A program made the translations under genes and the position numbers. Source: Squalus acanthias (Eukaryota). From it: 64,000 nucleotides of DNA. Below are positions 41,008 through 54,361 of this stretch, piece by piece (the first letter of the stretch is position 1; each line of letters starts with the position of its first letter). The stretch lies in NCBI GenBank assembly GCA_030390025.1, contig CM059432.1, positions 47,556,001 through 47,620,000 on the forward strand, written 5' to 3'. The notes under the pieces are model-generated. The model had not been told where the DNA came from and ran no database searches. It saw nothing but the letters and a program-made list of their open reading frames with translations.

Positions 41008-43040
41008 GAACATAGGAACAGGAGTAGCATATTTAACCCCTCAAGCCTATTCCGCCATTCAATGAGATCATGGCTAATCTGCAACCTAACTCCATATACC
41101 CGCCTTTGGCCCATATCATTTAATAACTTTGGTTAACAAAAAGCTATCAATCTCCGATTAAAAATTAACAACTGATCGAGCATCAATTGCCGTTTGCGGA
41201 AGAGTTTCAAACTTCTACCACCCCTTGTGTGTAAAAGTGTTTCCTAATTTCACTCCTGAAAGGTTTAGCTCTAACTTTTAGGCAATAGCCCCTAGTTCTT
41301 GACTCCCAGCCAGCGAAAATATTTTCTCTCTATCTACCCTATCTGATCCCCTTAATATCTTGAAAACCGATCAAATCACCCCTTAACCTTCTAAATTCCA
41401 GGGAATACAACCCTAGTTTGTGTAATCTCGCCTCATAATTTAACCTCTGGAGTCCGGGTATCATTCTGGTAAACCTACGCTGCACGCCCTCCAAGGCCAC
41501 TATATCCTTCCTAAGATGTGGTGCCCAGAACTGCTCACAGTAGTCCATGTGTGGTCTAACCAGGGTTTTGTATAGCTGTAGCATAACTTTTACCCACTTG
41601 TATTGTAGCCCTCTAGATATAAAGGCCAGCATTCCATTAGCCTTTTTGATTATTTTCTGTACCTGTTCATGACATTTTAATGATCTATGTACCTGGACCC
41701 CCAAGTCTCTTTGAACCTCCACTGTTTTTAGCCTTTCAGCATTTAGAAAGTACCCTGTTCTATCCTTTTTAGGTCCAAAGTGGATGACCTCACATTTGCC
41801 TACACTGAAATCTATTTGCCACAGTTTTGCCCATTCACTTAATCTATCAACATCTCTGTAATGTTATGCTTTCATCTACACTGCCTGCAATGCTGCCTAT
41901 CTTTGTATCATCGGCAAACTTGGATATGTGGCTTTCTAGCCCATCATCAAAGTCGGTAATAAATACTGTGAATAGTTGAGGCTCCAACACAGATCCTTGC
42001 GGGACACCACTAGTCACATCCTGTCAATTAGAGTACCTGCCCATTATTAATTCCATGGGCTTCAACCTTAGTTAACAGTCTCTCATGGGACTCTATCAAA
42101 TGCCTTCTGGAAGTCCATATAGAAAGACAGACTTGCATTAATATAGCGCCTTTCACGACCACCGGACGTCTCAAAGCTCTTTCCAGCCAATGAAGTACTT
42201 TTGAAGTGGAGTCACTGTTGTAATGTGGGAAAATAACATCCACAGACATTCCCCTGTCCACTACTTTAGTCACCTCTTCAAAACATTCAATCAATCAGAT
42301 TCGTCAGGCCTGTCCTACCTTTTACAAATCCATGCTGGCTCTCTTTGATCAGCTGAAAATTTTCACGGTCACCCTATCCTTAATTATAGGATCTAGCAAT
42401 TTCCCAACAACAGATGTTAGGCTAACTGGTCTATAATTCTCTGATTTCCCCCTCTCACCATTCTTAAATAGCGGAGTGACATACGCAATTTTCCAATCTA
42501 AAGGAATGGTTCCTGAATCCGAGAACTTTGGAAGATTATAGTTAGGGCATCTGCAATGTGCTCACCTACTTCCTTTAAAACCCTGGGATGGAAACCATCT
42601 GGGCCTGGGAATGTGTCACTCTTTAGTGCCGTTATTTTATTCATTACTGTTATTTTACTTACATTAATTTTATTGAGTCCTTATCCCTGATTCAATATTA
42701 GTTTCCTTGGGATTTCCAGCATGCTCTTCCTCGAACTGTAAATACTGACGCAAAGTAATTATTCAACATGTCCGCCATTTTCCTTATTATTATTGACAAT
42801 ATCAGTTATCAGTTTTCAAGGGGCCAGCATTGCTCTTGACCACCCTCTTTTTCCAAATATAATTGTATAAATTTTTGTATTGACTTTGATATCCCTTGCA
42901 AGTTTCTTTTCAGACTCTCTTTTTGTAGCTCTATCTGTTTTGTCACCCTTTACTGTTCTTTGTATCTTTCCCATTCGCCAGGATCTGTTTTGCATTTTTG
43001 CATGCTTTTTTTGGTCTTTTACCCCTTTAGTCGTCTATGG
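41008..43040 (-). mobile_element. CR1 LINE fragment with a Deu-SINE tail inserted at about 42120-42232
   Basis: QRDLGVQVHRSLK..YKTLVRPH; RT region degenerate. Confidence 0.85.
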
Positions 43041-43194
43041 CTGTTTTTTTTGGCAAGTAATCCTATACATGTTCTCAGCAACTGAAAAACCATCATAAAT
43101 GTGCATTCCTAACATCATCTTCACCAATTCTGAAGTCTAGTGCTCAAAATGTGAGGAAAACTGAAATGCTTCACCCTTACGCTTTCATTAATTT

Positions 43195-45360
43195 TCCAGC
43201 CTTTGGCCCTCCATTCACCATGACATTTCTGCAGCTACTGATCTGCTCAACCAGACCCTCACCACCACCTTTGATGCCCTAGTCCAGATTAAAACAATTA
43301 CTGTCTCTCACCCTGGCCGCTCCCCCGGTACGGCCCTCATCTTCTCCCTCAAGTCCAAGGGACGCAGACTTGAACGGATATGGCGGACAACTGGTTTAGC
43401 CATTCACTGCCAGATCTGGCTGGACCACATAAAGCATTATCGGGTCCTGCTCTCATCTGCCAAAATTGCTCACTATTCCAGAATCATTCTGGAATGCAAA
43501 GTTAAACCCCGGCTTCTATTCTCCACTGCTAACTGTCTTCTTAAACCCCTCTCCCTGTCTCCTCCACCCTCACCTCCGACAACAAGTGTCAGGAACTCAT
43601 GGACTTCTTTGTCTCTAAGATTGAGACCATCCGTTCAGCTGCCTCTGCCACTTCCCTTCCTTCCCCTAGCCAACCGGGCCAAACTTCCTCTAAGGTCCCC
43701 CCTGCCCTAGCCCTGAACTCACATCTTTCGCCAGTTTCTCTCCGATCTCCCCTCATGACCTCTCTGCGCTCATCTTGTCCATGAGATCCTGCTCCCTCGA
43801 CCCTATTCCCACCAAACTGTTGACCACCCAACTTCCTTAACTGGTTCCCATCTTAGCTGACATTGTTAACGGTTCTCTCTCCTCAGGTACTGGCCCCCTC
43901 GCCCTCAAATCTGCCATCATCACCTCTCTCCTCAAAAAAACTCTTGACCCCTCTGTCTTTGCAAACTACTGCCCCATCTCCAACCTCCCTTTCCTCTCCA
44001 AAGTCCCTGAACGTGTTGTCGCCTCCCAAATCCGTGCCTATCTTTCCTGCAATTCCATGTTTAAATCCCTCTAATCAAGTTTCTGCCTTTGCCACAGTAC
44101 CGAAGCGGCTCTCAGCAAAGTCACAAATGATATCCTTTGTGACTGTGACAAAGGTAAACTATCCCTCCTCGTCCTTCTTGACTTGTCTGTAGCCTTTGAC
44201 ACAGTTGACCACTCCATCCTCCTCCAACGCCTTTCCACTGTCGTCCAGCTGGGTGGGATTGCACTCGCCTGGTTCCATTCTTATCTATCTAATCGTAACC
44301 AGAGAATCACCTGCAACGGCTTCTCTTCCCGCTCCCGCATCGTTACCTCTGGTGTCCCCCAAGGATCTATCCTTGGCCCCCTCCTATTTCTCATCTATAT
44401 GCTGCCCCTTGGCGACATCATCCGAAAACACAGTGTCAGTTTCCAAATGTACGCGGACGACACCCAGCTCTACCTCACTACCACTTCTCTCGACCCCTCC
44501 ACGGTCTCTAAATTGTCAGACTGCTTGTCCGACATCCAGTTCTGGATGAGCAGAAATTTTCTCCAATTAAATATTGGGAAGACCGAAGCCATTGTTTTCG
44601 GTCCCCACCACAAACTCCGTTCCCTAGCCACTGACTCCATCCCTCTCCTAACATCTGTCTGAGGCTGAACCACACTGTTCGCAACCTTGGGGTCATATTT
44701 GACCCTGAAATGAGCTTCCGACCACATATCTGCAGCATAACTAAGACCGCCTATTTCCACCTCCGTAACATCACCTGTCTCCGCTCTTGCCTCAGCTCAT
44801 CCATGCCTTGTTACCTCTAGACTTGACTATTCCAACGCACTCCTGGCTGGCCTCCCACATTCTACCCTGTTAACTTGAGGTGATCCAAAACTCGGCTGCC
44901 CGTGTCCTAATTCGTACCAAGTCCCGTTCACCCATCACCCCTGTGCTCATTGACCAATATTGGATTCCGGTTAAGCAACGCCTCGATTTCAAAATTCACA
45001 TCCTTGTTTTCAAATCCCTCCATGGCCTCGGCCCCCCCCCGCCGAGATATTTGCGCTCCTCTAATTCTGCCCTCTTGAGCATCCCTGATTATAATCGCTC
45101 AACCATTGGTGCCCGTGCCTTCTGTTGCTTAGGCCCTAAGCTCTGGGATTCCCTGCCTCTCCGCCAGCTACCAGTCTTTCCTCATTTAAGACGCTCCTTA
45201 AAACCTACCTCTTTGACCAAGCTTTTGGTCACCTGCCCTAATTTCTCCTTATGTGGCTCGGTGTCAAATTTTTTCATCTTATAATACTCCTGTGCAGCGC
45301 CTTGGGATGTTTTACTATGTTAAAGGTGCTATATAAATACAAGTTGTTGTTGCTGTTATT
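43195..45360 (+). mobile_element. L2-type LINE, 5'-truncated
   Basis: AFDTVDHSILL, GVPQGSILGPLLF, YADDTQLY, IQNSAAR; tail GCTATATAAATACAAGTTGTTG. Confidence 0.9.
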
Positions 45361-47321
45361 ATTAATAGAAAAAGTTCTTAAGGGGATTTTTTTACATATA
45401 ATTTTCAAATATTTTGTAGTAAAAATCAGAAAATTTTCCCCACTGTATATTTTACAGTGATCTCGACCACTGCGCAACAAAATAAACCCATTCCATCATC
45501 ACCGCAGCTGCAATGTACAACAGCTAACAATATGTGGCTTTCGATTGCTACAATAGGCATTCCTAATTTAAACAGCACATTTGATCATGCAACTGGCTAC
45601 AGCAAGTTGTTTTGTTGTTCTATCCATGTTCAAATTAAAACAAAACTTGTTTCTCTAGTTCACAGCACAGGCTTTTCTAGTGTTCCAAATTACATGGAGT
45701 GGTCCAGTTACAATGCTATTAAAAATAAGTTTTTCAAACTAGGGTACACAGACCCTTGGGAACCCCCGAGATCACAAGATTTCTGTTTTTTTCCCCCTGT
45801 ATTTGTTGACTTACTAGCACATCATTTCCGTTGCTGCACGAAAGCTGCAATGATAAGACTGTTTTCCCATGAGTAGGTGACACTGTCTTTTGGTTTGTGC
45901 AGAGGTTCTCTAGGAATGAGTCAATTTTTGCTGAACAGTGTGTTATTATTTGCAAGGAGTTGTCACACATAAAAATTCAAAATCCACTATTTTAAAAATA
46001 AAAACCAAAAAAAAGTGTCCTTCTTGCTGCCTGCACTGTAAAAAAAAAATATTGAAATTGAATTACTGGCTATTTACTGAGCTGTATTTCCGTAGACGGT
46101 CCTTTGTGTATGCTAGTTCTCAGCCTTGTTGCCACTCCCATGAAGCTCATTCCATGATCTGCCCTGCTCTCACACCTGTTCCAGGATGAGGAAAAGTTAG
46201 TTTCAAGCTACTGGAGGTAGAGTTTACCAAAATTCTTAACAAAGAGTGAAATCACTATGTAAATTTTAATAAGAAATAAATGATGAAATGGGAGCAGAAA
46301 AAAACCATCTGTACAGAAACAGCTAAACAATGTCAGAAGCAGAATAATAAAGAAGCAAAGGTATAGACAGACACAAATCAGTTGAAAGATGTTGAGGAAG
46401 ATCAACGGTTCAATAAAAACCAAAACTGGAGAAAATAAAATAAATACACTTAATAGGGAAACACAGATATTTTTTATATGGAGAAAACCTACAGGCAAAT
46501 AAACATGTTAATGATACAAACAGTAAGATAAAAAGGAAACAAGGACACAGAAGAAAATTAAAATGACCAAGTTAAACGGTAAATAAAAAGGGCTCCCCTT
46601 GTATAGCCAAACCATACAGGCCGGGAAGGTCCCAGGGTTGATTTTCAGTCTCGGGTGAATTATATAGAATTACATGGAGTTCGCTGATCTCAGTTAGATA
46701 GGGTTAGGGAGGCTAGAACTGCCCTGAGTGCCCCAGGGTTAGGTAGAGGAGCATTACTAATGGACCGCTACATCAGTAAGAAATCAATTATTTTAGGAGA
46801 GGAAGATTATGGTCAATCTCCCACCTTCACTTCTCAACTGGTATAACAGGTACCTCTGCGGTCTTAAATCCACTGGCTGTAAAACTAAACACACATGGCT
46901 TTCAACTACCCGGTTGCCAAGTGCCATATTTGCCTGAAACACTTCAAACTGCACCACTACTCCCTGTCAAAAACTGCTTACTATTCCAAGGTCATCACAG
47001 AGGCCAGGCAGAGCTCCAGCATCTTCACCACCACAAACTAACTATTCAGTTTCCCCTCCTTCACTTACAGAAACACACACACTCATCCTAATCTCAGGTT
47101 CTAAATGGGAGAAAATCATGGACTTCATGACCAAAGTCAAAGCCATCTGAACAGCCTCCACTGATTTTCAACTTCCCCTACAACCTCAACTACTCTCCAA
47201 CCAAGTTCTCACCTACTCGGTTCTCTACTGTTTCTCCATCTCCCCCTGAACAGACATCTCATTCATGAAGCCTGCTGCTTTGATTCTCTCACATGGGAGC
47301 TACTGACTACCAAATTAACCC

Positions 47322-48685
47322 CATAAGAACATAAGAAATAGGAGCAGGAGTAGGCCATTCAGCCCCTCGAGGCCTGCTCCGCCATTCAATATCATGGCTG
47401 ATCTTCTACCTCAACTCCACTTCCCTGCACTATCTCCATATCCCTTGATTCCCTTAATATCCAAAAATCTATCGATGTCTGACTTGAATATACTCAATCA
47501 CTGAGCCGCCACAGCCCTCTGGGGTAGAAAATTCCAAAGATTCACCACCCTCTGAGTGAAGAAATTTCTCCTCATCTCAGTCCTAAATGGCTGACCCCTT
47601 ATTCTGAGACTGTGACCCCTGGTTCTAGAATCCCCAGCCAGGGGAAACATCTTCTCTGCATCTACCTTGTCAAGCCCTGTAAGAATTTTGTTTGTTTCAA
47701 TGACATCACCTCTCATTCTTCTAAACTCTCGAGAATATAGGCCTAGTCTACTCAATCTCTCCTCATAGGACAATCCCCCCATCCCGGGAATCAGTCTGGT
47801 GAACCTTCGTTGCACACCCTCTATGGCAAGTATATCCTTCCTTAGGTAAGGAGACCAAAACTGTACACAATACTCCAGGGTGTGGTCTCACCAGGGCCCT
47901 ATATAATTGCAGCAAGACGTCTTTACTCTTGTGCTCAAATCCTCTTGTTATAAAGGCCAACATACCATTTGCTTTCTTAATTACTTGCTGTACCTGCATG
48001 TTAACTTTCAGTGATTCGTGTACAAGGACACCCAGGTCCCTCTGAACACCAACATTTCCCAATCGCTCACCATTTAAAAAATACTCTGCTTTTTTTATAT
48101 TACCTACCAAAGTGGATAACTTCACATTTCTCCACATTATATTCCATTTGCCATGTTCTTGCCCACTCACTTAGCCTGTCTATATCTCCTTAAAGCCTCT
48201 TTACATCCTCCTCACAACTTACATCCCCACCCAGCTTTGTATCATCAGTAAACTTGGATATCTTACATTTGGTCCCCTCATCCAAAACATTGATATAGAT
48301 TGTGAATAGCAGAGGCCTAAGCAGTAATCCTTGTGGTACCCCACTAGTTACAGCCTGCCAACCCACAAGTGACCCGTTTATTCCTACTCTCTGTTTTCTG
48401 TCCGTTAACCAATCCTCAATCCATGCCAATATATTACCCCCACTCCCATGAGCCCTAATTTTATTTAATACCCTCTTGTGTGGCACCTTATCGAATGCCT
48501 TCTGAAAATCCAAATACACCACATCCACTGGTTCCCCCTTATCTATTCTGCTAGTTATAACCTCTAAAAACTCTAACAGGTACGTCAAACACGATTTCCC
48601 TTTCATAAATCCGTGTTGACTCTGCCCAATCTTATTTTTTAAGTGCCCTGTTACCACGTCTTTAATAATAGATTCTAGCATTTTC
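47322..48685 (-). mobile_element. CR1 LINE, 5'-truncated
   Basis: SQHGFMKGKSCLT, VYLDFQKAFDKVPH, FTDDTKL, RRMRGD; (TTCTTATG) tail. Confidence 0.92.
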
Positions 48686-48929
48686 CCTGTTTGCTGACAT
48701 TATCAATCTTTCTCTATACTAGGGAACTTTACCCACCTTCCTTAAGAAACATACCATTAACCCTTCCAATCTCTCCAACTACCACCGGATCTCCAACTTT
48801 TCCTTTGTCTCCAAAGACCTGGAGTGTGTCTTTTTCTTGCAACTAAAATCCCACCACTCTTAGTGTAAAACCCTCCTTATTCGTAAACTCTCCAATCTGG
48901 TTTCTACCCCTCTAACAGTACTAACTGTG

Positions 48930-50315
48930 CCATCTTCAGCCAGAAGTGCCAAGTAGATGATCCATATCGGCCTCCTCCTGAGATCCCCACCATCATAGAA
49001 GCCAGTCTTCAGCCAATTCGATTTACTCCATGTGATATCAAGAAACGGCTGAGCGCACTGGATACAGTAAAGGCTATGCAAAGGCTATGGGCGCCAACAA
49101 CATCCCGGCTGTGGTGCTGAAGACTTGTGCTCCAGAACTAGCCGCGCCTCTAGGTAAGCTGTTCCAGTACAGCTACAACACTGGCATCTACCTGACAATG
49201 TGGAAAACTGCCCAGGTATGCTCTGTCCACAAAAAGCAGGACAAATCCAATCCGGCCAATTACCGCCCCATCAGTTTACTCTCAATCATCAGCAAAGTGA
49301 TGGAAGGTGTGGTCGACAGTGCTATCAAGCCCCTGGACAGCACTTCAGGAGTTCCTCAGGGCAGCGTCCTAGGCCCAACCATCTTCAGCTGCTTCATCAA
49401 TGACCTTCCCTCCATCATAAGGTCAGAAGTGGGGACGTTCGCTGATGATTGCACAGTGTTCAGTTCCATTTGCAACTCCTCAGATAATGTTGCATGCAGC
49501 AAGACCTGGACGACATTCAGGCTTGGGCTGAGAAGTAGCAAATAACATTCGCGCCACACAAGTGTCAGGCAATGACTATCTCCAACAAGTGAAAGTCTAA
49601 CCACCTTGACATTCAATGGCATTACCGTCGCCGTATCCCCCACCATCAACATCCTGGGGGTAACCATTGACCAGATACTTAACTGGACCAGCCACATAAA
49701 TACTGTGGCAACAAGAGCAGGCTAGAGGCTGGGTATTCTGCAGTGAGTGTCTCACCTCCTTACTCCCCAAAGCCTCTCCACCATCTACAAGGCACAAGTC
49801 AGGAGTGTGATGGAATACTATCCACTTGCCTGGATGAGTGCAGCTCCAACAACACTCAAGAAGCTTGACACCATCCAGGACAAACCAGCCCGCTTGACTG
49901 GTACCCCATCCACCACCTTAAACATTCACTCTCTCTACCACCGGCGCACCATGGCTGCAGTGTGTACCATCTACAAGATGCACTGCAGCAACTCACCAAG
50001 GCTTCTTCGGCAGCACCTCCTAAACCCGCGACTTCTACCACCTAGGAGGACAAGGGCAGCAGGCGCATGGGAACATCATCACCTGCAAGTCCCCCTCCAA
50101 GTTACACACCATCCTGACTTGGAAATATATCGCTGATCCTTCATCGTTGCTGGGTCAAAATCCTGGAACTCCCTCCCTAACAGCACTGTGGGAGTACCTT
50201 CACCACACGGACTGCAGCGGCGGCTCATCACCACCTTCTCATGGGCAATTAGGGATGCGCAATAAATGCTGGCCTTGCCAGCGACACCCACATCCCATGA
50301 TCGAATAAAAAAAAA
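48930..50315 (+). mobile_element. 5'-truncated, internally deleted copy of the same LINE family
   Basis: High identity to 10620-12255; LKTCAPELAAPL...FADD; A-rich tail. Confidence 0.88.
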
Positions 50316-50964
50316 TGATTACATTAGTCAAAGTCACCAACAACATCTTGTTCGACTGCAGCCCTGGCTCTCTGTCTCTACTCATCCTCCTCAACCTCTT
50401 GGCCATCTTGAACACTGTTGGCCATTCCATTGCAGCTCAGACATTGGGACGTGTGAATCAAGACAGTGAGTTAGAGGGGTTGGCACGTGGTGAAACATCG
50501 AGCATGTTGCTAGGCAGAATTGAAAGGGGCTTTGAAAGACTCACTCATCTACTACAGTCTTCTCTCCTGCAGATAGTGGAATTGCTGCCTCTCAGCCCAC
50601 GGGAGTGTCAGTGACTCGATGGGAGCGACACGTACTGGCCTCTCTCAGAATGTGGTTCCTCCTTCGCCAGCTCCTCTGCAATACCCACCATCGTGCCAGA
50701 AAGTCAGCTGGGCCAGACTACCCTGGCAGCAGCCGAGGAGCAGCAGTCTGAAACCAATATGACAGTGCTCACAGTAACGTAAAGCTAATCAAAAGATTTT
50801 TCAAGGTCCTCATGCGGTTTTTCATATTCTGGTAACTTCCAATGCCATGATTTGTCACGTTGAATTCCTGGCTCCCTCCATCACATTCCACAATGTTGTA
50901 CTGTGCATCCTGAAACTGCAGCTACAGTGAAATTAAACCCTTTTCTAATCGAGTACATTTATCC

Positions 50965-51695
50965 AACAACAACAACAACTTGTATTTATATAGCACCTTT
51001 AATGTAGTAAAGCGTCCCAAGGCGCTTCACAGGAGTATTAGAAGACAACAAATTTGACACCGAGCCACATAAGGAGAAATTAGGGCAGGTGACCAAAAGC
51101 TTGGTCAAAGAGATAGGTTTTAAGGAGCGTCTTAAATGAGGAAAGACTGGTAGCTGGCGGAGGCAGGGAATCCCAGAGCTTAGGGCCTAAGCAACAGAAG
51201 GCACGGCCACCAATGGTTGAGTGATTTTAATCAGGGATGCTCAAGAGGCCAGAATTTGAGGAGCACAGATATCTCTGGGGGTTGTGGGGCTGAAGGAGAT
51301 TACAGAGATAGGGAGGGGCGAGGCCATGGAGGGATTTGAAAACAAAGATGAGAATTTTGAAATCGAGGCGTTGCTTAACCAGGAGCCAATGTAGATCAGC
51401 GAGCACAGGGGTGATGGGCGAACGGGACTTGGTGCGAGTTAGGACACGGGCAGCCGAGTTTTGGATCACCTCAAGTTTACGTAGGGCAGAATGTGGGAGG
51501 CCAACCAGGAGTGCGTTGGAATAGGCAAGTCTAGAGGTAACAAAGGCATGGATGAGGGTTTCAGCAGCAGATGAACTGAGGCAAGGGCGGAGACGGGCGA
51601 TGTTCGGACTTGGAAATAGGCTGTCTTAGTTATGCTGCGGCTATGTGGTCGGAAGCTCATTTCAGGGTCAAATATGACACCAAGGTGGCGAACAT
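50965..51695 (-). mobile_element. L2 3' fragment
   Basis: Reverse complement of 44690-45355; (CAA)n tail at left. Confidence 0.88.
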
Positions 51696-51992
51696 CCAGA
51701 CATCAAATCCCCTATTTTTCTACATAGCTATATTGCTGCCATGCTGAGTTCAGGTGATTTAGCTGTGTGAAAAAGTAGAAGAAACATCTAAGTCGTTCAA
51801 TAGAAATGATTTCATTTAAAACTAATAAACACTATTCTCATTGAAACACAATCGCACCGCTCCTGTATGGCAGCAGGTTTCACTGCTGTCTCTGAAACTC
51901 AGCACAACCCGCCTTAAAATTGCATGGGGTCATAACTGCGTAGTAGGACTCTGACTTTTGACTATTTATAGGCTCTCGCCTACTTGTCTGCG

Positions 51993-52560
51993 GCAACGCA
52001 CTCCTGATTGGCCTCCCACATTCCACCCTACGTAAACTTGAGGACATCCAAAACTCGGCTGCCCGTGTCCTAACTCGCACCAAGTCCTGTTCACCCATCA
52101 CCCCTGTGCTCGCTGACCTACATTGGCTCCCGGTTAAGCAGCGCCTCGATTTCAAAATTCTCATCCTTGTTTTCAAATTCCTCCATGGCCTCGCCCCTTC
52201 CTATCTCTGTAACCTCCTTCAGGCCGCCCCACCCCACCGCCGAGATGTCTGCGCTCCTCTAATTCTGCCCTCTTGAGGATCCCTGATTATAATCGCTCAA
52301 CCTTTGGTGGCCGTGCCTTCTGTTGCCTAGGCCCTAAGCTCTGGAATTCCCTGCCTAAACCTGTCCGCCTCGCTACCTCTCTTTCCTCCTTTAAGACGCT
52401 CCTTAAAACCTACCTCTTTGACCAAGTTTTTGGTCACCTGCCCTAATTTATCCTTATGTGGATTGGTGTCAAATTTTTTGTCTTAAAATACTCCCGTGCA
52501 GCGCCTTGGGATGTTTTACTACGTTAAAGACGCTATATAAATACAAGTTGTTGTTGTTGA
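51993..52560 (+). mobile_element. L2 3' fragment
   Basis: Same family, (TTG)n tail. Confidence 0.88.
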
Positions 52561-53594
52561 GTACCTCCGATGCCTCACGAAACACGGGAGCACATCACAA
52601 ACATGAAGGTAAGGACACGGCAGTGCTATGGTCCTACTCCAAACACTGTGCACCTTGGACTTTTGTGGGCTGTATCCTTGACTGGCCAATTCAGAAATTG
52701 AGAGGTCTGCAAGTGTAGCTTCTCAAACTAGGGTTTTTTTCAGCATAGCAAATGTGTTGACATAGAAGGGAAAAAGAAAAGGAACAGAGAGTGTCAGCAT
52801 GGTGGTGGGCGGCAGCTTCTGATTTTAATATCACTAATTAAAGGCAGTTTAATAGGTAGAACCTAATTAAGAAACTCCATAAAATAACTTGCACATATAT
52901 AGCACCTTTACCATAATAAAACACCTCAAGGCACTTTACATAGCACAGTGCGGAACCAGGAAGATTCCAAAAGGTTATGAGAGATAACTGAATATACAGT
53001 CAAAAAGATTTTGAGGAGGCTTTAAAAAGGTGTAGAGAGAAGTAGCCATGCAATGTGGTTTGGGGAGAGAGCTCCTAAAAGTAGAAGCAAGATTGCTGAA
53101 GGCTCTGTCACTAAAAGAGCTGCAGCGGGAAAGAAGTGCACACCAGAGTCAGAGGTCATGGGGAATTGCCTGGGAGCTGGGGTTAAAGGAGCTTGTAGAA
53201 GCAGGGAGAGGTAAAGCTATGGAAGGAACCGTAAAAGATTTTGAATTTAGTGCACTAGGGAACAGGGAGCCATCGGACGTTTACGGGGGCAAGAGCGACC
53301 AGCCAGCGGGAGGTCCAATGCAAGCAGTGGAGTTCTGGATGGGCTGAAGTTTGTTTACTATGGCACTGGGAAGGCAAGTAAGAAGCAAACTGAAGAAGTT
53401 GAGTCTTAAAGCAACTGCACTTAGGCTTCAAGGAGTGTCCCGCAGGGAAGGTGGCTAAGAACTAGAGTATTCCCTACCATGACAGAGGGAGGGAAATCTT
53501 CAAGATCCATTTCCACAACTCTCTGGGGATCAGACTGCCATTCTCATCAAGGAGAATATGAGGGTAATAAATTAGGTAAAAATTACAAAACATA

Positions 53595-54361
53595 GGGGCA
53601 GAAATTAGGCTCGCCACGGGTGAGTACGTGCTGTGTACTCACCCGTGGACGTAACGAAAGTGCCGGTTTCTTGCATGCGCGGGAAACCGGCACTTCCGTT
53701 CCCCTGAAGGAAGGGATTCAGAGGTCGAACACGCACGCCGGAGGGCCAGCGCGTTCGCCTCGCACTTCGGGTTTGTTGTGTTTTTTTTTTTTACAGGTTC
53801 CTCCGTGAAGGTAAGCACGGAGAAGATGCACATTGAAAAAGGAGGCGCAAGGCCTTCTTTTAACAAGGTAAGTGTTGATTTTATTAAAATTTAAACATTT
53901 TTTTCAGATTTATCTTTTTTAATTACTTTAAAGAAAGGTAAGTTTAGTTTTAGCCCTGTTAAAAAGTGGAATTAATTTTTTCAAAAATTTAAATTTTTGT
54001 TTAAAATAGTTAATTAATGTAATCTATAGTTATTTTAAAAATGTGATGTTTTATAAAAAAATTATTTGTAGTTTTAGGGATGTTTTGGGGCCGATCTGTA
54101 TTCATAGATTTGACAGGTCTTCCTGTCAAATCTATGAATGAAAGATGGTCTGCTGCCATTGGCTCTCCATGGCCCACGTGATCCCAGGGGACTCATCGCA
54201 ATAACTACGCCCCTGGGATACACAAGCACTGTGTGCCGGCAGTTGGAGGAGGCCCAGGATCCGAATCCCCCGCGGGCCCAGGGGTCAACGGCAGGCGCGG
54301 TAGGTAGGTGCGTGCGCGATCCTTGCACCCGCGGGAAGCCAGGGAGCCGAATTTCTGGCCC
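53595..54361. mobile_element. MITE, probably PIF/Harbinger-type
   Basis: TIR GGGGCAGAAATTAGGCTCGC vs rc GGGCCAGAAATTCGGCTCCC (17/20); 3-bp TSD ATA. Confidence 0.8.

Noticed and set aside
50445..50765. Coding-looking GC-rich patch on plus
   Set aside because: No recognisable motif or sustained frame; may be a TE fragment but cannot be assigned without a search
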